A stretch of DNA of 64,000 nucleotides, taken from the NCBI GenBank assembly GCA_028864975.1, contig JAGWLG010000012.1, positions 15,745 to 79,744 on the forward strand, written 5' to 3'. Positions within the stretch are counted from its first letter, which is position 1; the number at the start of each line of letters is the position of its first letter. The position numbers and the translations under genes were made by a program. This document shows, piece by piece, positions 63,790 through 64,000 of the stretch. The DNA comes from Thermoplasmata archaeon (GTDB taxonomy: Archaea; Thermoplasmatota; Thermoplasmata; Lutacidiplasmatales; UBA184). The notes under the pieces are model-generated. The model worked only from the letters and a program-made list of their open reading frames with translations, had not been told where the DNA came from and searched no databases.

Positions 63790-64000
63790 TCAGATCGGAA
63801 CCTGTCCCCCGGAGAGGATCGGACCCTCCGGGGAGCGAGGAGGCGCCCCGCAGCGTTCCAAGAGCGCATTCGCCTCCGCACGAAGCTCGGCGCCCTTCGC
63901 TCGGTCGCCGTAGGAGTCCTCCCAGACCGACAGCTGCTCTTTCGCCCGGGCCTCCGCGAGGGCGTTCTGCACCGTCAAGGCCGCTTCCAGCGCCCGGTCG
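63790..64000 (-). CDS. C-terminal fragment of a helical (TPR-like) protein running off the window edge
   Basis: Frame open to position 64000 (DRALEAALTVQNALAEARAKEQL...). Confidence 0.55.
   Translation of the reverse strand, partial: DRALEAALTVQNALAEARAKEQLSVWEDSYGDRAKGAELRAEANALLERCGAPPRSPEGPILSGGQVPI

Noticed and set aside
1-64000. CRISPR array, rRNA, tRNA, transposase or integrase
   Set aside because: No repeat-spacer periodicity or diagnostic motifs found; all long repeats are coding repeats within surface proteins.

Overview
High-GC (roughly 70% by eye) archaeal chromosomal window, most consistent with class Thermoplasmata (inference from the CoaD-YjjX fusion, DUF835, DUF5611, DUF2116, TYW1, Trm11/TrmG10 and TATA-type promoters; a high-GC lineage such as UBA184/Ca. 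Lutacidiplasmatales is plausible but not shown). About 47 real genes underlie the many GC-driven shadow ORFs. Housekeeping: smc-scpA-scpB, a 2-oxoacid dehydrogenase operon with TWO E1-alpha genes plus lipB, a galU/UDP-GlcA decarboxylase/ugd nucleotide-sugar module, glmM-like mutase, tRNA modifiers, dcd, udp, HDAC, HIT, MEMO1, ABC exporter, CPA2 antiporter. Accessory: a 12.5-kb gene for a 4162-aa surface protein (10 Kelch-like blades, a 7-blade YVTN propeller inserted into an Ig domain, 34 disulfide-bonded Ig/PKD repeats that mostly alternate A/B), a 1337-aa paralog, a membrane-anchored S53 protease, a claudin-like 4-TM protein, an orphan N4-C methyltransferase and a solo PaREP1/HEPN gene. The most striking unexplained element is a ~250-nt, end-paired, multi-stem non-coding segment (22498-22749) between the giant gene and scpB. 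No tRNA, rRNA, CRISPR array, transposase or integrase was recognised.
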